DNA of 64,000 nucleotides from an uncultured Bacteroidota bacterium (GTDB lineage Bacteria > Bacteroidota > Bacteroidia > Chitinophagales > Chitinophagaceae), in contig CAVUHS010000002.1 in the NCBI GenBank assembly GCA_963741345.1, positions 260,003-324,002 of the forward strand, in the 5' to 3' direction. Positions 1-9,438 of the stretch are shown here, in pieces. Numbering within the stretch: the stretch's first letter is position 1; each line of letters starts with the position of its first letter. The notes under the pieces were generated by a model, which saw only the letters and a list, made by a program, of their open reading frames with translations, was not told the DNA's origin and made no database searches. A program made the translations under genes and the position numbers.

Positions 1-2301
1 ATAACCGGCCTGGCATTCGGTATTACCTGCAGTCTACTGATATTATTATGGGTTGGGGATGAACACAGTGTAGATAATACCCAGGTGAATGGCAGCCGCC
101 TGTATATTCTCTATGAAAGACAATATGTAGACCGGGATATCAATGCCGGATATTATACTCCCGGACTTCTTTCTTATGAATTAAAAAAAAATATTCCCGA
201 GATAGAACATGCCGTCGGATATATGCACAGCTTCAAAACCACATTTGAAGCGGGCAATAAAATATTAAAGCAGGATGGAGCCTGGACGGGTGCTGATTAT
301 TTCGAAATGTTCAGTTATCCATTGTTACAGGGAACCGCCGCAACAGCATTAAATACGCCTAACAGTATCGCGATTTCGAATAAAATGGCAATGCAGTATT
401 TCGGTAATGCTTCAGCTGCAATGGGTAAATCCATTCGTTATAAAAACAGGAAGGATTTTACAATAACAGCTGTTTTTGCTGATCTTCCACAAAATGTCTG
501 GCAAAGATTTGATTTCCTACTAAACTGGGATGCCCTGATTGCAGATAATGAATGGTTGAGAGACTGGAGAAATAATAGTCCTCAGACGTATATCCTCCTT
601 CGGCCAGATGCAAACCCTCTACAGGTTGAAAAAAAATTGAGGAGGTTCCTGGATGGTTTCAATAAAACCCAGACATCCAGTTTCAGGGTTGAACTCGGCA
701 TGCAGAAATTTGGGGATACCTATTTGCATTCAAATTTTGTAAATGGCCACTTTGAAGGGGGACGGATTGAGTACGTGTGGCTTTTCAGCATGGTAGCACT
801 ATTCATTCTTCTGATAGCCTGCATCAATTTTATGAACCTGACAACGGCCCGCTCTGCCAGACGGAGTAAGGAAATTGGAATCCGGAAGGTTGCCGGTGCG
901 GCAAGGATTTCGCTGATTCGCCAATTTCTCATCGAAGCTATTCTTATTACGGCTCTTTCTGTACTAACGTCTTTATTCCTGGTAAATTTTCTCCTGCCTG
1001 TATTCAATCAACTGACGGGCAAAAATATCCGGTTCCCGATTTCAAATGGCTCTTTTTGGTTATCGCTGGCAGGTCTTACCCTGCTTACCGGTCTGATCTC
1101 TGGAAGCTACCCCGCTTTATTCCTTTCATCTTTTAATCCGATACAGGTCCTAAAGGGACCGATGAAATTCAAGACCCACAGCATTCTTTTCAGAAAGGGT
1201 CTTGTTATTTTTCAGTTCGTTCTGTCCATTGTTCTGATTATGGGCACTATCTACATTTCCAGGCAAATAGACTATGTACAGCATATTAACCTTGGCTATG
1301 ACCGGGAAAATCTTTTATATATTCCTATGGAAGGAGACCTTTCAAAGCGGTATGATCTGTTTAAACAACAGGCAACACAGTCTGCCGGAATAAAATCTGT
1401 CTCCCGGGTGTCCGATGAACCAACATATATTGACAATGCCACGGGCTCTGTGATATGGGATGGAAAGGATCCTAATACAACCCCCATGTTCACAACCATT
1501 TCTGCCGGGTTTGATTTTGTCAAAACAATGGATCTTAAACTACTGCAAGGGCGTGATTTTTCCAGGGATTATGCTGGCGATTCTTCGGCCTACCTGGTAA
1601 ATGAAGAAGCACTTAAAATAATTAGATACAAAGATCCGGTAGGAAAACAATTGTCGCTTTGGGACCAGAAGGGTACCATTATTGGAGTTTTGAAAGACTT
1701 TCATTACACTTCTTTACATGATCCGATAAAACCATTAATTGTTCATGCAGGAGAAACGGATAATGGAAGGACCATCCTGGTTCGCACAAAATCCGGCATG
1801 GTAAAACGGGCCGTTCATGATCTGGAAGGAATTTGTAAATCGCTGAATCCCCAATTCCCATTCTCCTTTTCCTTCTCAGATGAAGAATATCACAAACTTT
1901 ACAAGAGTGAAGAGATCATTAGCCGGCTCTCCAATTATTTTGCCGGTCTGGCTATCTTTATTTCATGTATCGGATTATTGGGACTGGCAATGTTTACGTC
2001 AGAACAGCGGACAAAAGAAATTGGCATTAGAAAAGTGCTTGGCGCAAGTGCCAGTTCCCTGTTCACTCTTCTTTCAGGCGAATTTTTGATCCTGGTAATT
2101 ATTGCCATGCTAATTGCCAGCCCGGTTGCCTGGTTAGCTATGGATGCCTGGGGCCATAATTTTGCTTATAGGATTCAGATTGAATGGTGGATATTTCTGC
2201 TCGCCGGTCTTTCGGCTATACTCATTGCTTTGCTTACCGTCAGTTTCCAGGCAATAAAAGCAGCCTTAACGAAACCTGTCAAAAGTCTGAGAACCGAATG
2301 A
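1..2301 (+). CDS. ABC transporter permease, FtsX/MacB family (5'-truncated by window)
   Basis: Frame open from base 1 (ITGLAFGITCSLLILLWVGDE); two FtsX domains (ACINFMNLTTARSARRSKEIGIRKV; EQRTKEIGIRKVLGA); C-terminus PVKSLRTE. Confidence 0.93.
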   Translation: MTGLAFGITCSLLILLWVGDEHSVDNTQVNGSRLYILYERQYVDRDINAGYYTPGLLSYELKKNIPEIEHAVGYMHSFKTTFEAGNKILKQDGAWTGADYFEMFSYPLLQGTAATALNTPNSIAISNKMAMQYFGNASAAMGKSIRYKNRKDFTITAVFADLPQNVWQRFDFLLNWDALIADNEWLRDWRNNSPQTYILLRPDANPLQVEKKLRRFLDGFNKTQTSSFRVELGMQKFGDTYLHSNFVNGHFEGGRIEYVWLFSMVALFILLIACINFMNLTTARSARRSKEIGIRKVAGAARISLIRQFLIEAILITALSVLTSLFLVNFLLPVFNQLTGKNIRFPISNGSFWLSLAGLTLLTGLISGSYPALFLSSFNPIQVLKGPMKFKTHSILFRKGLVIFQFVLSIVLIMGTIYISRQIDYVQHINLGYDRENLLYIPMEGDLSKRYDLFKQQATQSAGIKSVSRVSDEPTYIDNATGSVIWDGKDPNTTPMFTTISAGFDFVKTMDLKLLQGRDFSRDYAGDSSAYLVNEEALKIIRYKDPVGKQLSLWDQKGTIIGVLKDFHYTSLHDPIKPLIVHAGETDNGRTILVRTKSGMVKRAVHDLEGICKSLNPQFPFSFSFSDEEYHKLYKSEEIISRLSNYFAGLAIFISCIGLLGLAMFTSEQRTKEIGIRKVLGASASSLFTLLSGEFLILVIIAMLIASPVAWLAMDAWGHNFAYRIQIEWWIFLLAGLSAILIALLTVSFQAIKAALTKPVKSLRTE

Positions 2302-2333
2302 CTTGTTCTGGCCGGCCAGCCGGTTTTTTATGA

Positions 2334-3149
2334 TCAGATTCTGATAACTTCAAGCGCTATTTTCCATCCTTCTTTTTCATGTCTCCAGATTCGCAGATAG
2401 CTGCCGGTTTTGCCAGCCTGGTCGATTGTACCATAAACCGCAGCCATATCAGCAGCAGGGGATATTTTTACCCCAACCGGATGATATTGCAAGGAAGAAA
2501 TTCTGTTTAAAATTGCTACCGCACTGTCAGTTGAAGTAAGAGGCGATCTATCAGTTATATTCAGAATATACTTGCTGCTAGCCATGTTATGATAGCCCCG
2601 GCTGATACTTTGTTCAAATGAATGAATAAAGGTATTTTCCTGACTAATTATGTTCGACTCATTGGTATTTTTAGCCGCCCTGTATTTGTCTGCTGCAACA
2701 GTAACCGGATAATTGTCTAACAACTGATTTGAATGACTGTTACCAATATCAAACAGGTACTTCCATTGGCCGTTTTCAATCCTGTGCCAGACGGTAGTAT
2801 ATTGACCGGATTCAACCACCGAATCGCTTAACCTTTTTGGTCTGTGCAGATAATTTCCCGTTGTATATCCCCAATTACCGGAAACAGACATTTCAGCAAA
2901 AGACGGAGACCAGGAAAAAATTCCATCAAAAACAGGCTGTGATTGCCAGAATTTTTTCGCCTCCACAGGTCCTTTTCCAGTGAATTGAATTCCGTTACTG
3001 TCTACATGGGCGAGGAATCCATCACGTATTCCATTTTCAAGGCAGGACTTTTCAAAATCCTTTTCGGCCTTTATCAGGGCCTCTGTATTTTGAGCCTTTA
3101 CATGCGAGCAGAGCAGAATAACTGTACAAAGAAGGACAGATTTTATCAT
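2334..3149 (-). CDS. Secreted tandem SnoaL/NTF2-like (DUF4440-like) protein
   Basis: Signal peptide; two similar domains ending GQYTTVWHRIENGQWKYLFDIG and GSYLRIWRHEKEGWKIALEV. Confidence 0.7.
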   Translation of the reverse strand: MIKSVLLCTVILLCSHVKAQNTEALIKAEKDFEKSCLENGIRDGFLAHVDSNGIQFTGKGPVEAKKFWQSQPVFDGIFSWSPSFAEMSVSGNWGYTTGNYLHRPKRLSDSVVESGQYTTVWHRIENGQWKYLFDIGNSHSNQLLDNYPVTVAADKYRAAKNTNESNIISQENTFIHSFEQSISRGYHNMASSKYILNITDRSPLTSTDSAVAILNRISSLQYHPVGVKISPAADMAAVYGTIDQAGKTGSYLRIWRHEKEGWKIALEVIRI

Positions 3150-3710
3150 ACAGGGCAATCTTATATCAAATTTATGCAATAAATCAGCCTTTACAGGCCG
3201 TTCCCGGAATCAGTCAGGGTATTCATAGTTCTATTTGGCCAATACTACAATGGCAACATCAAAAAGCAGCAAGACAAATCTTACTGCGATGGCCAGTCTC
3301 ATATTTGAGGATTTCACGCAGAGATATATTTTTTTGAATTAAAACCGATCTGTTTGAAGTTATCAAATCCTGGCAAATCACTATTCTCAATTCCGTAAGC
3401 GTCGGGAAACTGAATGCAATTGGTCCGTATTTCAGGCATTCGAGTCATACCTCTTAAGATAATTCTAAATTTTGTCGCATTTATACAATGATCCCGATGG
3501 AATTTAAAATAATTTAGGATCTCGAATTCTTCCGGAATCTGAGTTTTTTTCTTTCATTTCCTTCTTGCTCTATAGAAAACTGCTTGCGTTGACGGTTTCC
3601 CCTCCTGCAGTATATTAATATGATTTGACGGATCAATCATATGAAGAACCTATGTGCCTTCATGAAGTCATGTGGACCCAATTATTTTTTTACACTTAAA
3701 TAACCATTTT

Positions 3711-4853
3711 ATGAAAAGAAGATTGTATTTACACATTGGAGCAATTGTCGTCACTGCCCTTACACTGACGTCATGTGTGAAAGACGCTCCGTCCTTATGC
3801 AATTGTAATCCGGATAACCTTGTAGTTGACGTACGGGTATTCTCGAGTGGCTTTAATAATCCGAGGGGATTGAAGTGGGGACCGGATGGGCACCTGTATG
3901 TAGCAGAAGGCGGTGTGGGTGGAACAAATTCGACCATGGGACAATGTTTACAGGTACCTGGGGCCGGCCCTTACCTGGGCAGCGATACCGGTTCGAGGAT
4001 ATCACGTGTAGACCGTAATGGCAACCGTACCACATTTGTAGATAAACTTCCATCCAGCCAGACAGCACCAATTCCCCAGCCACTAGTCAGCGGTGTGGCG
4101 GACGTGGCATTTATTGACCACACATTATATGCGCTCATTTCAGGAGCAGGCTGCTCTCATGGCGTTCCTGATTTTCCGAACGGAATTATCAAGGTTCACC
4201 ATAACGGGACATGGAATTTTATTGCTAACCTGAGTAATTTTTATATGAACAACCCGGTGGCTAATCCGGAACCGGATGATTTTGAACCCGATGGAACTGC
4301 TTACAGTATGATTAATGTAAATGACAATCTCTTTGTAGTGGAACCAAATCACGGTGAACTGGACCGAATAACTCCGAACGGAGATATCAAGCGGATCATC
4401 GACATATCTGCCAGCCAGGGTCATATTGTGCCGACAGCACAAACTTTTCATCATGGTAATTTTTATGTCGGCAATCTGAGCCCTTTCCCCATAGAAGGCA
4501 AATCAAAAGTATTAAAAATAACACCTGGTGGACAGCTCAGTTTGGTTGATTCCGGGTTTTCAACCATACTCGGTATAACATTTGACGAACTGGGCGGTAT
4601 GTATATTCTTGAAAATACAACCAACAATCCATCCCCGACTCCCGGTACCGGCGACATAATCAGGATCGATCCATCTGGAAACAGATTAACCATTGCCTCC
4701 AATCTCAATCTGCCAACTGCCATGACTTTTGGACCGGATAATAAATTATACGTTTCAAACTGGGGTTATGGCGGCGCCCCGGGTATGGGTGAAATTTTAC
4801 AAATTGATGTAACATGCGCCAAACAACACCACAACTTTAAAAAAGAAAAATAA
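3711..4853 (+). CDS. ScyD/ScyE-family beta-propeller lipoprotein
   Basis: Lipobox LTSC; NPRGLKWGPDGHLYVAEGG and PTAMTFGPDNKLYVSNWG repeats; ATG 3711 preferred over GTG 3672. Confidence 0.8.
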   Translation: MKRRLYLHIGAIVVTALTLTSCVKDAPSLCNCNPDNLVVDVRVFSSGFNNPRGLKWGPDGHLYVAEGGVGGTNSTMGQCLQVPGAGPYLGSDTGSRISRVDRNGNRTTFVDKLPSSQTAPIPQPLVSGVADVAFIDHTLYALISGAGCSHGVPDFPNGIIKVHHNGTWNFIANLSNFYMNNPVANPEPDDFEPDGTAYSMINVNDNLFVVEPNHGELDRITPNGDIKRIIDISASQGHIVPTAQTFHHGNFYVGNLSPFPIEGKSKVLKITPGGQLSLVDSGFSTILGITFDELGGMYILENTTNNPSPTPGTGDIIRIDPSGNRLTIASNLNLPTAMTFGPDNKLYVSNWGYGGAPGMGEILQIDVTCAKQHHNFKKEK

Positions 4854-5077
4854 TATAATAAATAGCATATAAATCCCCTCAGAACTGGCATCCATATGGC
4901 CATGGGGGGATTTATTTCCTATGTCAAAACCATCTTTATTCTATCGACATCAGGTCATTACGCAACCCTCCGGGCCTATTCACGTACACACTATATAGCT
5001 GGCAGTCAGGGCATCCACCGTCGGAAATCAGCTTCTGCCAGGAAAGCACCCCTCAATGCATTTCAAGTAGTGTCTGC

Positions 5078-6019
5078 ATGAAATATTTTTCTATTAAAAA
5101 AGATATATTAGCCACGCTTGCTTATTTCAACTTGTTTGAATATCCCCTAAGGAAGAATGAGATCTTTGGTTTTCTGGGTCACTGCGACGATTACAATGAA
5201 TTTGAGACAGGATTGAAGCATCTTATAGAAGACTCCATGGTTTTTAAGATCGGGGACTTTTATTCAATCCATAATAATTATAAACTTGCGACCCGGCGAT
5301 ACAAGGGCAATGAGGCTGCCCGAATCATGCTCAGGAAAGCAAAACGGGGAGCAGCTCTGATTGCCGCGTTTCCCTATATACGCGCTGTGGGTGTTTCCGG
5401 ATCCCTATCCAAACTTTATGCGGACGATAAGAGCGATATCGACTATTTTATCATCACCTCGGCTAACAGGCTGTGGATTGCCAGGACATTCTTACACATT
5501 TTTAAAAAATTCACTTTTCTGTTTAACCGGCAGCATGATTTCTGCATGAACTATTTTATTGACGAGGCAGATACTGTCATTATTGAAAAAAATATCTATA
5601 CCGCAGCCGAAATTGTTACACTTCTGCCTATCCGGGGGAAGCAGGTTTTCGACAGTTTCTACAAGTCAAACAGCTGGACACAGACTTTTTTCCCCAATAA
5701 AATAATCAATAACCCTGAACTGCCAAGAGCCTGGAAAACATGGATGGGTTATCTGATTGAAAAGATTCTGGACAATCGATTGGGGGATAAACTGGATAAT
5801 TTACTCATGAAGATCACAGCCAGACGCTGGGATAATAAAACCAGTACCAATAAATTAGACAGTAAAGGTATGTTGCAGGGCATGCATACCGGTAAGCATT
5901 TTTCTAAGCAGAATCCCGCATGTCTTCAGAAAAGAATATTAATGCGGTATGAAAAAAGCCTTATTGATATTTTCAGTAAATATGAGGTCTCCCGTTCCTA
6001 TTTAACGGGGAATCAATAA
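5078..6019 (+). CDS. Nucleotidyltransferase-domain protein (DNA pol beta superfamily)
   Basis: GVSGSLSK...KSDIDYFIIT matches hG[GS]x9-13DhD; RLWIART motif. Confidence 0.75.
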   Translation: MKYFSIKKDILATLAYFNLFEYPLRKNEIFGFLGHCDDYNEFETGLKHLIEDSMVFKIGDFYSIHNNYKLATRRYKGNEAARIMLRKAKRGAALIAAFPYIRAVGVSGSLSKLYADDKSDIDYFIITSANRLWIARTFLHIFKKFTFLFNRQHDFCMNYFIDEADTVIIEKNIYTAAEIVTLLPIRGKQVFDSFYKSNSWTQTFFPNKIINNPELPRAWKTWMGYLIEKILDNRLGDKLDNLLMKITARRWDNKTSTNKLDSKGMLQGMHTGKHFSKQNPACLQKRILMRYEKSLIDIFSKYEVSRSYLTGNQ

Positions 6020-6020
6020 A

Positions 6021-6842
6021 TCATTTTTTTCTGAATGATATAATATAATAGTCTCCAATATATTTCCAGGGCCATCTGTTTTTGAGCCGGTTCTCCACCG
6101 AGCGTAAATACGAATATATAATGGGATGATTTTCAGGAAATTTTTCAATGTAAGAAGGAGGTACAATAGTGCATAGACCTTCCATTTCAATTAAATTATA
6201 GTTGGATCTGAGGAGGCGTTTCACAAATCCAGCCGAATAATACCAGCAAGTAAAGGGTAATCCGTCAATTTGCGCATGTCTTCCCTTTGAACTAAAAAAC
6301 CTTCGAAAGGCTGTTCTAAATTTCCCTTTGAACATCAACAGCGATTCCCATAAACAAAACGGAGGAAGAATAACCATTGTTACTATTCCGCCGGGCTTCA
6401 TCAGGCTGTCAAAACTTCCCAGTACCTGCTCCAGGTGAGCCGTACAATTCAGGCCTGCAAAATTTGAAAAAATGCAATCATACGGGCCTTTATTTTTTAG
6501 GTCCTTTAATTCAGTAAAAGAACAAATCTCCTGGCTCACAGATCCTACCAGGTGCCGTCCTATAAGTTTTTGTTTCAGTCTGCTCTGCATGCCGGGGGAA
6601 ATATCTGTTGCATGAATATGATATCCCTGTTGCGCCAGGAAAATTGCGTCTTCACCGGTACCTGCATTTATTTCAAGGATGGAACCACCCGGGTTTAGGT
6701 GTTTTATAAGATGCTCTCTTACCCTTTTGCGTTTGTACTGAATGATCAGATTGCCTGCGTACTGATCGTCAAAGACCAGCGACTGCTTATTGAATGCAAC
6801 CGTTACCCGTTGTTCATTTTCAAATTTAATTGGTATACCCAT
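6021..6842 (-). CDS. Class I SAM-dependent methyltransferase
   Basis: ILEINAGTGED motif I; YDCIFSNFAGLNC; ATG 6842 overlaps the upstream radical SAM stop. Confidence 0.88.
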   Translation of the reverse strand: MGIPIKFENEQRVTVAFNKQSLVFDDQYAGNLIIQYKRKRVREHLIKHLNPGGSILEINAGTGEDAIFLAQQGYHIHATDISPGMQSRLKQKLIGRHLVGSVSQEICSFTELKDLKNKGPYDCIFSNFAGLNCTAHLEQVLGSFDSLMKPGGIVTMVILPPFCLWESLLMFKGKFRTAFRRFFSSKGRHAQIDGLPFTCWYYSAGFVKRLLRSNYNLIEMEGLCTIVPPSYIEKFPENHPIIYSYLRSVENRLKNRWPWKYIGDYYIISFRKK

Positions 6843-8304
6843 GTGCCGGATTTTCCAGAAGCCTGAGTTTTTGTTTATCAATAAATGCCGCAGGTAAATA
6901 GTAGAATATGGATAAGGCTCTTCTCAAACGATAATAATTCAATTTCAGGGGATGCGCCAATAATTGTTTAACATCTTCGAAAGCCAGGTGCTTTCTATAC
7001 GATTTATGAACATAGCGGTGCAGCTGTTTATAGAAAGCAGGCTGGTAAGTATTTCTGAACATAAGTGCCATTTCATCTGAATCTTTCCAGTTTGTTTTAT
7101 TTACCAATTCCTTTTTCACTTTTTCGAAGAATAAAGTACCTGGTAATGGATAAGAAACCGATATCCCAATCTCAAAAGGAAGTAACTTATTGATCATGGA
7201 TATGGTCTTTTGAATATCTTCCTTTGTTTCATTCAGATATCCAAATTGTATAAAGAAAGAGGGTTTGATTCCGCATTTCTTTAGTAAATGGGTGGCTTCA
7301 GCGATCTGCTGTACGGTTGTTCCTTTGTCCATGGCATCCAGAATCCTCTGGGAGCCGCTTTCTGCACCCATCCAGATGTTTTCGCAACCGGCTCTTGCGA
7401 GATCCATTATATTATTTTCCTGTAGAAGCAGATCCACACGCCCCTGCATTTTAAACCTGAAATCCAGTTTTTCATCTTGAATCAAATCCGCAAATTCATT
7501 TACCCAACCAGGCTTTAAACCAAAAATATCATCACAGAACCATATATGATCAAACCGGTATTTACTCTTAAGCATTTTCAATTCCATGAGTACATTTTGG
7601 GGACTCCGGCTATTATAACGGTTGCCGTATATTGGTTTGGCACACCAGTTACACTTAAAAGGGCAGCCCCGGGTAGTGGCCATATTCATGGAAAAATATC
7701 CGGCATTCTTTAACCAACTGTTTCTGTAAGGCTCCAAATTGATCATATCCCAGGCAGGAAATGGAAGTGAATCCAGATCCTTCATTACATGCCGCTGTTT
7801 TGTTTTTACTACCGCCCCGTTATGTTTGAATGCAAGTCCCTCTATGGAATAATAATCATGGTTTTTGACCTCCAATGCCTCCACCAATTCCCTGACTGTT
7901 AATTCCGCTTCCCCGAGTAAAACAAAATTCGCTCCCCTGTTTAGATACATTTCGAACCGGTCAGTAGAATCAGAGCTTGAAACGATGACGGTGCAACCAT
8001 ATTCACTGGCCTGCCGGATCATCTCAAATGCTGCCTCCCGCATATTTTCCAGGCACATTTTGGTCAGGTAGTTAAAACCATCGTCATAAATAATAAAAAT
8101 ATCGGGGCGACCGGATAGGATAACAGGCCGGATTTCTTCCGGGCCCGCCGAAAACATGGTATCAAAAAATGAAACTTTATACCCCTTTTCTTTTAGAACT
8201 GCAGCCGCATACAGGGTTCCCAAAGGAGCATACGGTTTTCCTCCGGCCCATTGTTTTGGATCAAAGCGCAGAAAATAAGAATGTGTAATCAGAATTTTTT
8301 TCAT
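6826..8304 (-). CDS. Cobalamin-binding radical SAM enzyme
   Basis: N-terminal B12-binding domain (PLGTLYAAAVL); TRGCPFKCNWC; MGAESGSQRILDAMDKG. Confidence 0.92.
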   Translation of the reverse strand: MKKILITHSYFLRFDPKQWAGGKPYAPLGTLYAAAVLKEKGYKVSFFDTMFSAGPEEIRPVILSGRPDIFIIYDDGFNYLTKMCLENMREAAFEMIRQASEYGCTVIVSSSDSTDRFEMYLNRGANFVLLGEAELTVRELVEALEVKNHDYYSIEGLAFKHNGAVVKTKQRHVMKDLDSLPFPAWDMINLEPYRNSWLKNAGYFSMNMATTRGCPFKCNWCAKPIYGNRYNSRSPQNVLMELKMLKSKYRFDHIWFCDDIFGLKPGWVNEFADLIQDEKLDFRFKMQGRVDLLLQENNIMDLARAGCENIWMGAESGSQRILDAMDKGTTVQQIAEATHLLKKCGIKPSFFIQFGYLNETKEDIQKTISMINKLLPFEIGISVSYPLPGTLFFEKVKKELVNKTNWKDSDEMALMFRNTYQPAFYKQLHRYVHKSYRKHLAFEDVKQLLAHPLKLNYYRLRRALSIFYYLPAAFIDKQKLRLLENPAHGYTN

Positions 8305-8387
8305 ATCCCGCAAATTACTTGGAGTAAACCCATATGAAAATCTTTAGGGTGCCCGAAAATATGCTTGCTTCGATGCATAAGTTCTGG

Positions 8388-9434
8388 TTATATTTTTGCC
8401 GACGGTTTTAAATTCAGGTAGCAAACACATTTTAAACAGGTCTCGTTATTTTCCATGTCCAGCGTTTTTCTGAATCGAACAGCTGCCGGTCCGTTGAGAA
8501 TGGATTCAAAAGATCCGGATTTGATATTTCCGTATGGTTTGTGAAAAAAACAGGGTCGAACCGTCCCGTCTGCTTCTATCACGGCTGAAACCCAGGGTGC
8601 ATTGCATTTTTTATATGGAAAAGGATTTAAACCCAGACAAGCGGCGTAATAATAATATATTTTCTGAAATTTCTGTGGGGGTTCAGCGATGAATCCACTG
8701 ATAAATTCCGGCTTGCACTGATCCAGTATTCTGTGCATAATTTCTTTCATTTCCTCCAGTTCAGATTCTGATAAAAGAATTTCAAGCTGCCTGTCTTCGG
8801 GCCAGCCATTTTCCCTGTTAAATGCTGTACTACTGGTATCTGCCGGCAAAAAACTAATTGAATGCAGCCCGATTTCCTTTGCTGTCTGAATTATATGGGG
8901 CCAGAAACGAAAATTCAGACGATGTATAACGCTTCTGCCAGAGATCCTGAACTGAGGACTGATGGCATGTATAGTTTCAATACCGTGCTTCAATTTTTCG
9001 AATGCTCCCGGGATGTTCCGGATATGGTCATGTGTAAGCTTGTCTCCATCAAGAGAAACAATAATATCATCCACCCAGTTTACCAGCTGCTCCGCGTTTT
9101 TTTTTAAGGTCAGACCGGTAGAGAGTAAACTGATTTTTATATTCTGTTCTTTCAGAATTGCACAAAATTTGAAAAAATTTGGATTCAGGAGCGCTTCCCC
9201 GCCCGACATAACCAATTGCCTGGTTTGTAATTTTTTCAAGGTTGACAGTAGCCCCCGGATATCTTCTTCTTCCAGCTGTTTCAGATTGTGATTTCCCTTC
9301 CATATATCGCACATCACGCAGCGGCAATTGCAGGAACTATGGGGCATCAGCACGACGACCGGCAGGTTGATAATCTTATCAGTCTGAAGCGTGAGATACC
9401 GGTTGTACGTCTGGTATAGTGATTGTATGGTCAT
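8388..9434 (-). CDS. Radical SAM enzyme with C-terminal twitch/SPASM domain
   Basis: CNCRCVMC; MSGGEALL; C-terminal CNAPW...DGTVRPC...CLKCVC. Confidence 0.9.
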   Translation of the reverse strand: MTIQSLYQTYNRYLTLQTDKIINLPVVVLMPHSSCNCRCVMCDIWKGNHNLKQLEEEDIRGLLSTLKKLQTRQLVMSGGEALLNPNFFKFCAILKEQNIKISLLSTGLTLKKNAEQLVNWVDDIIVSLDGDKLTHDHIRNIPGAFEKLKHGIETIHAISPQFRISGRSVIHRLNFRFWPHIIQTAKEIGLHSISFLPADTSSTAFNRENGWPEDRQLEILLSESELEEMKEIMHRILDQCKPEFISGFIAEPPQKFQKIYYYYAACLGLNPFPYKKCNAPWVSAVIEADGTVRPCFFHKPYGNIKSGSFESILNGPAAVRFRKTLDMENNETCLKCVCYLNLKPSAKI

Positions 9435-9438
9435 TTTT

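Noticed and set aside
4896-5081. 61-aa ORF as a RiPP precursor for the radical SAM cluster
   Set aside because: No leader/core pattern, it overlaps a hairpin-like region, and the cluster shows no RRE/PqqD domain or peptidase
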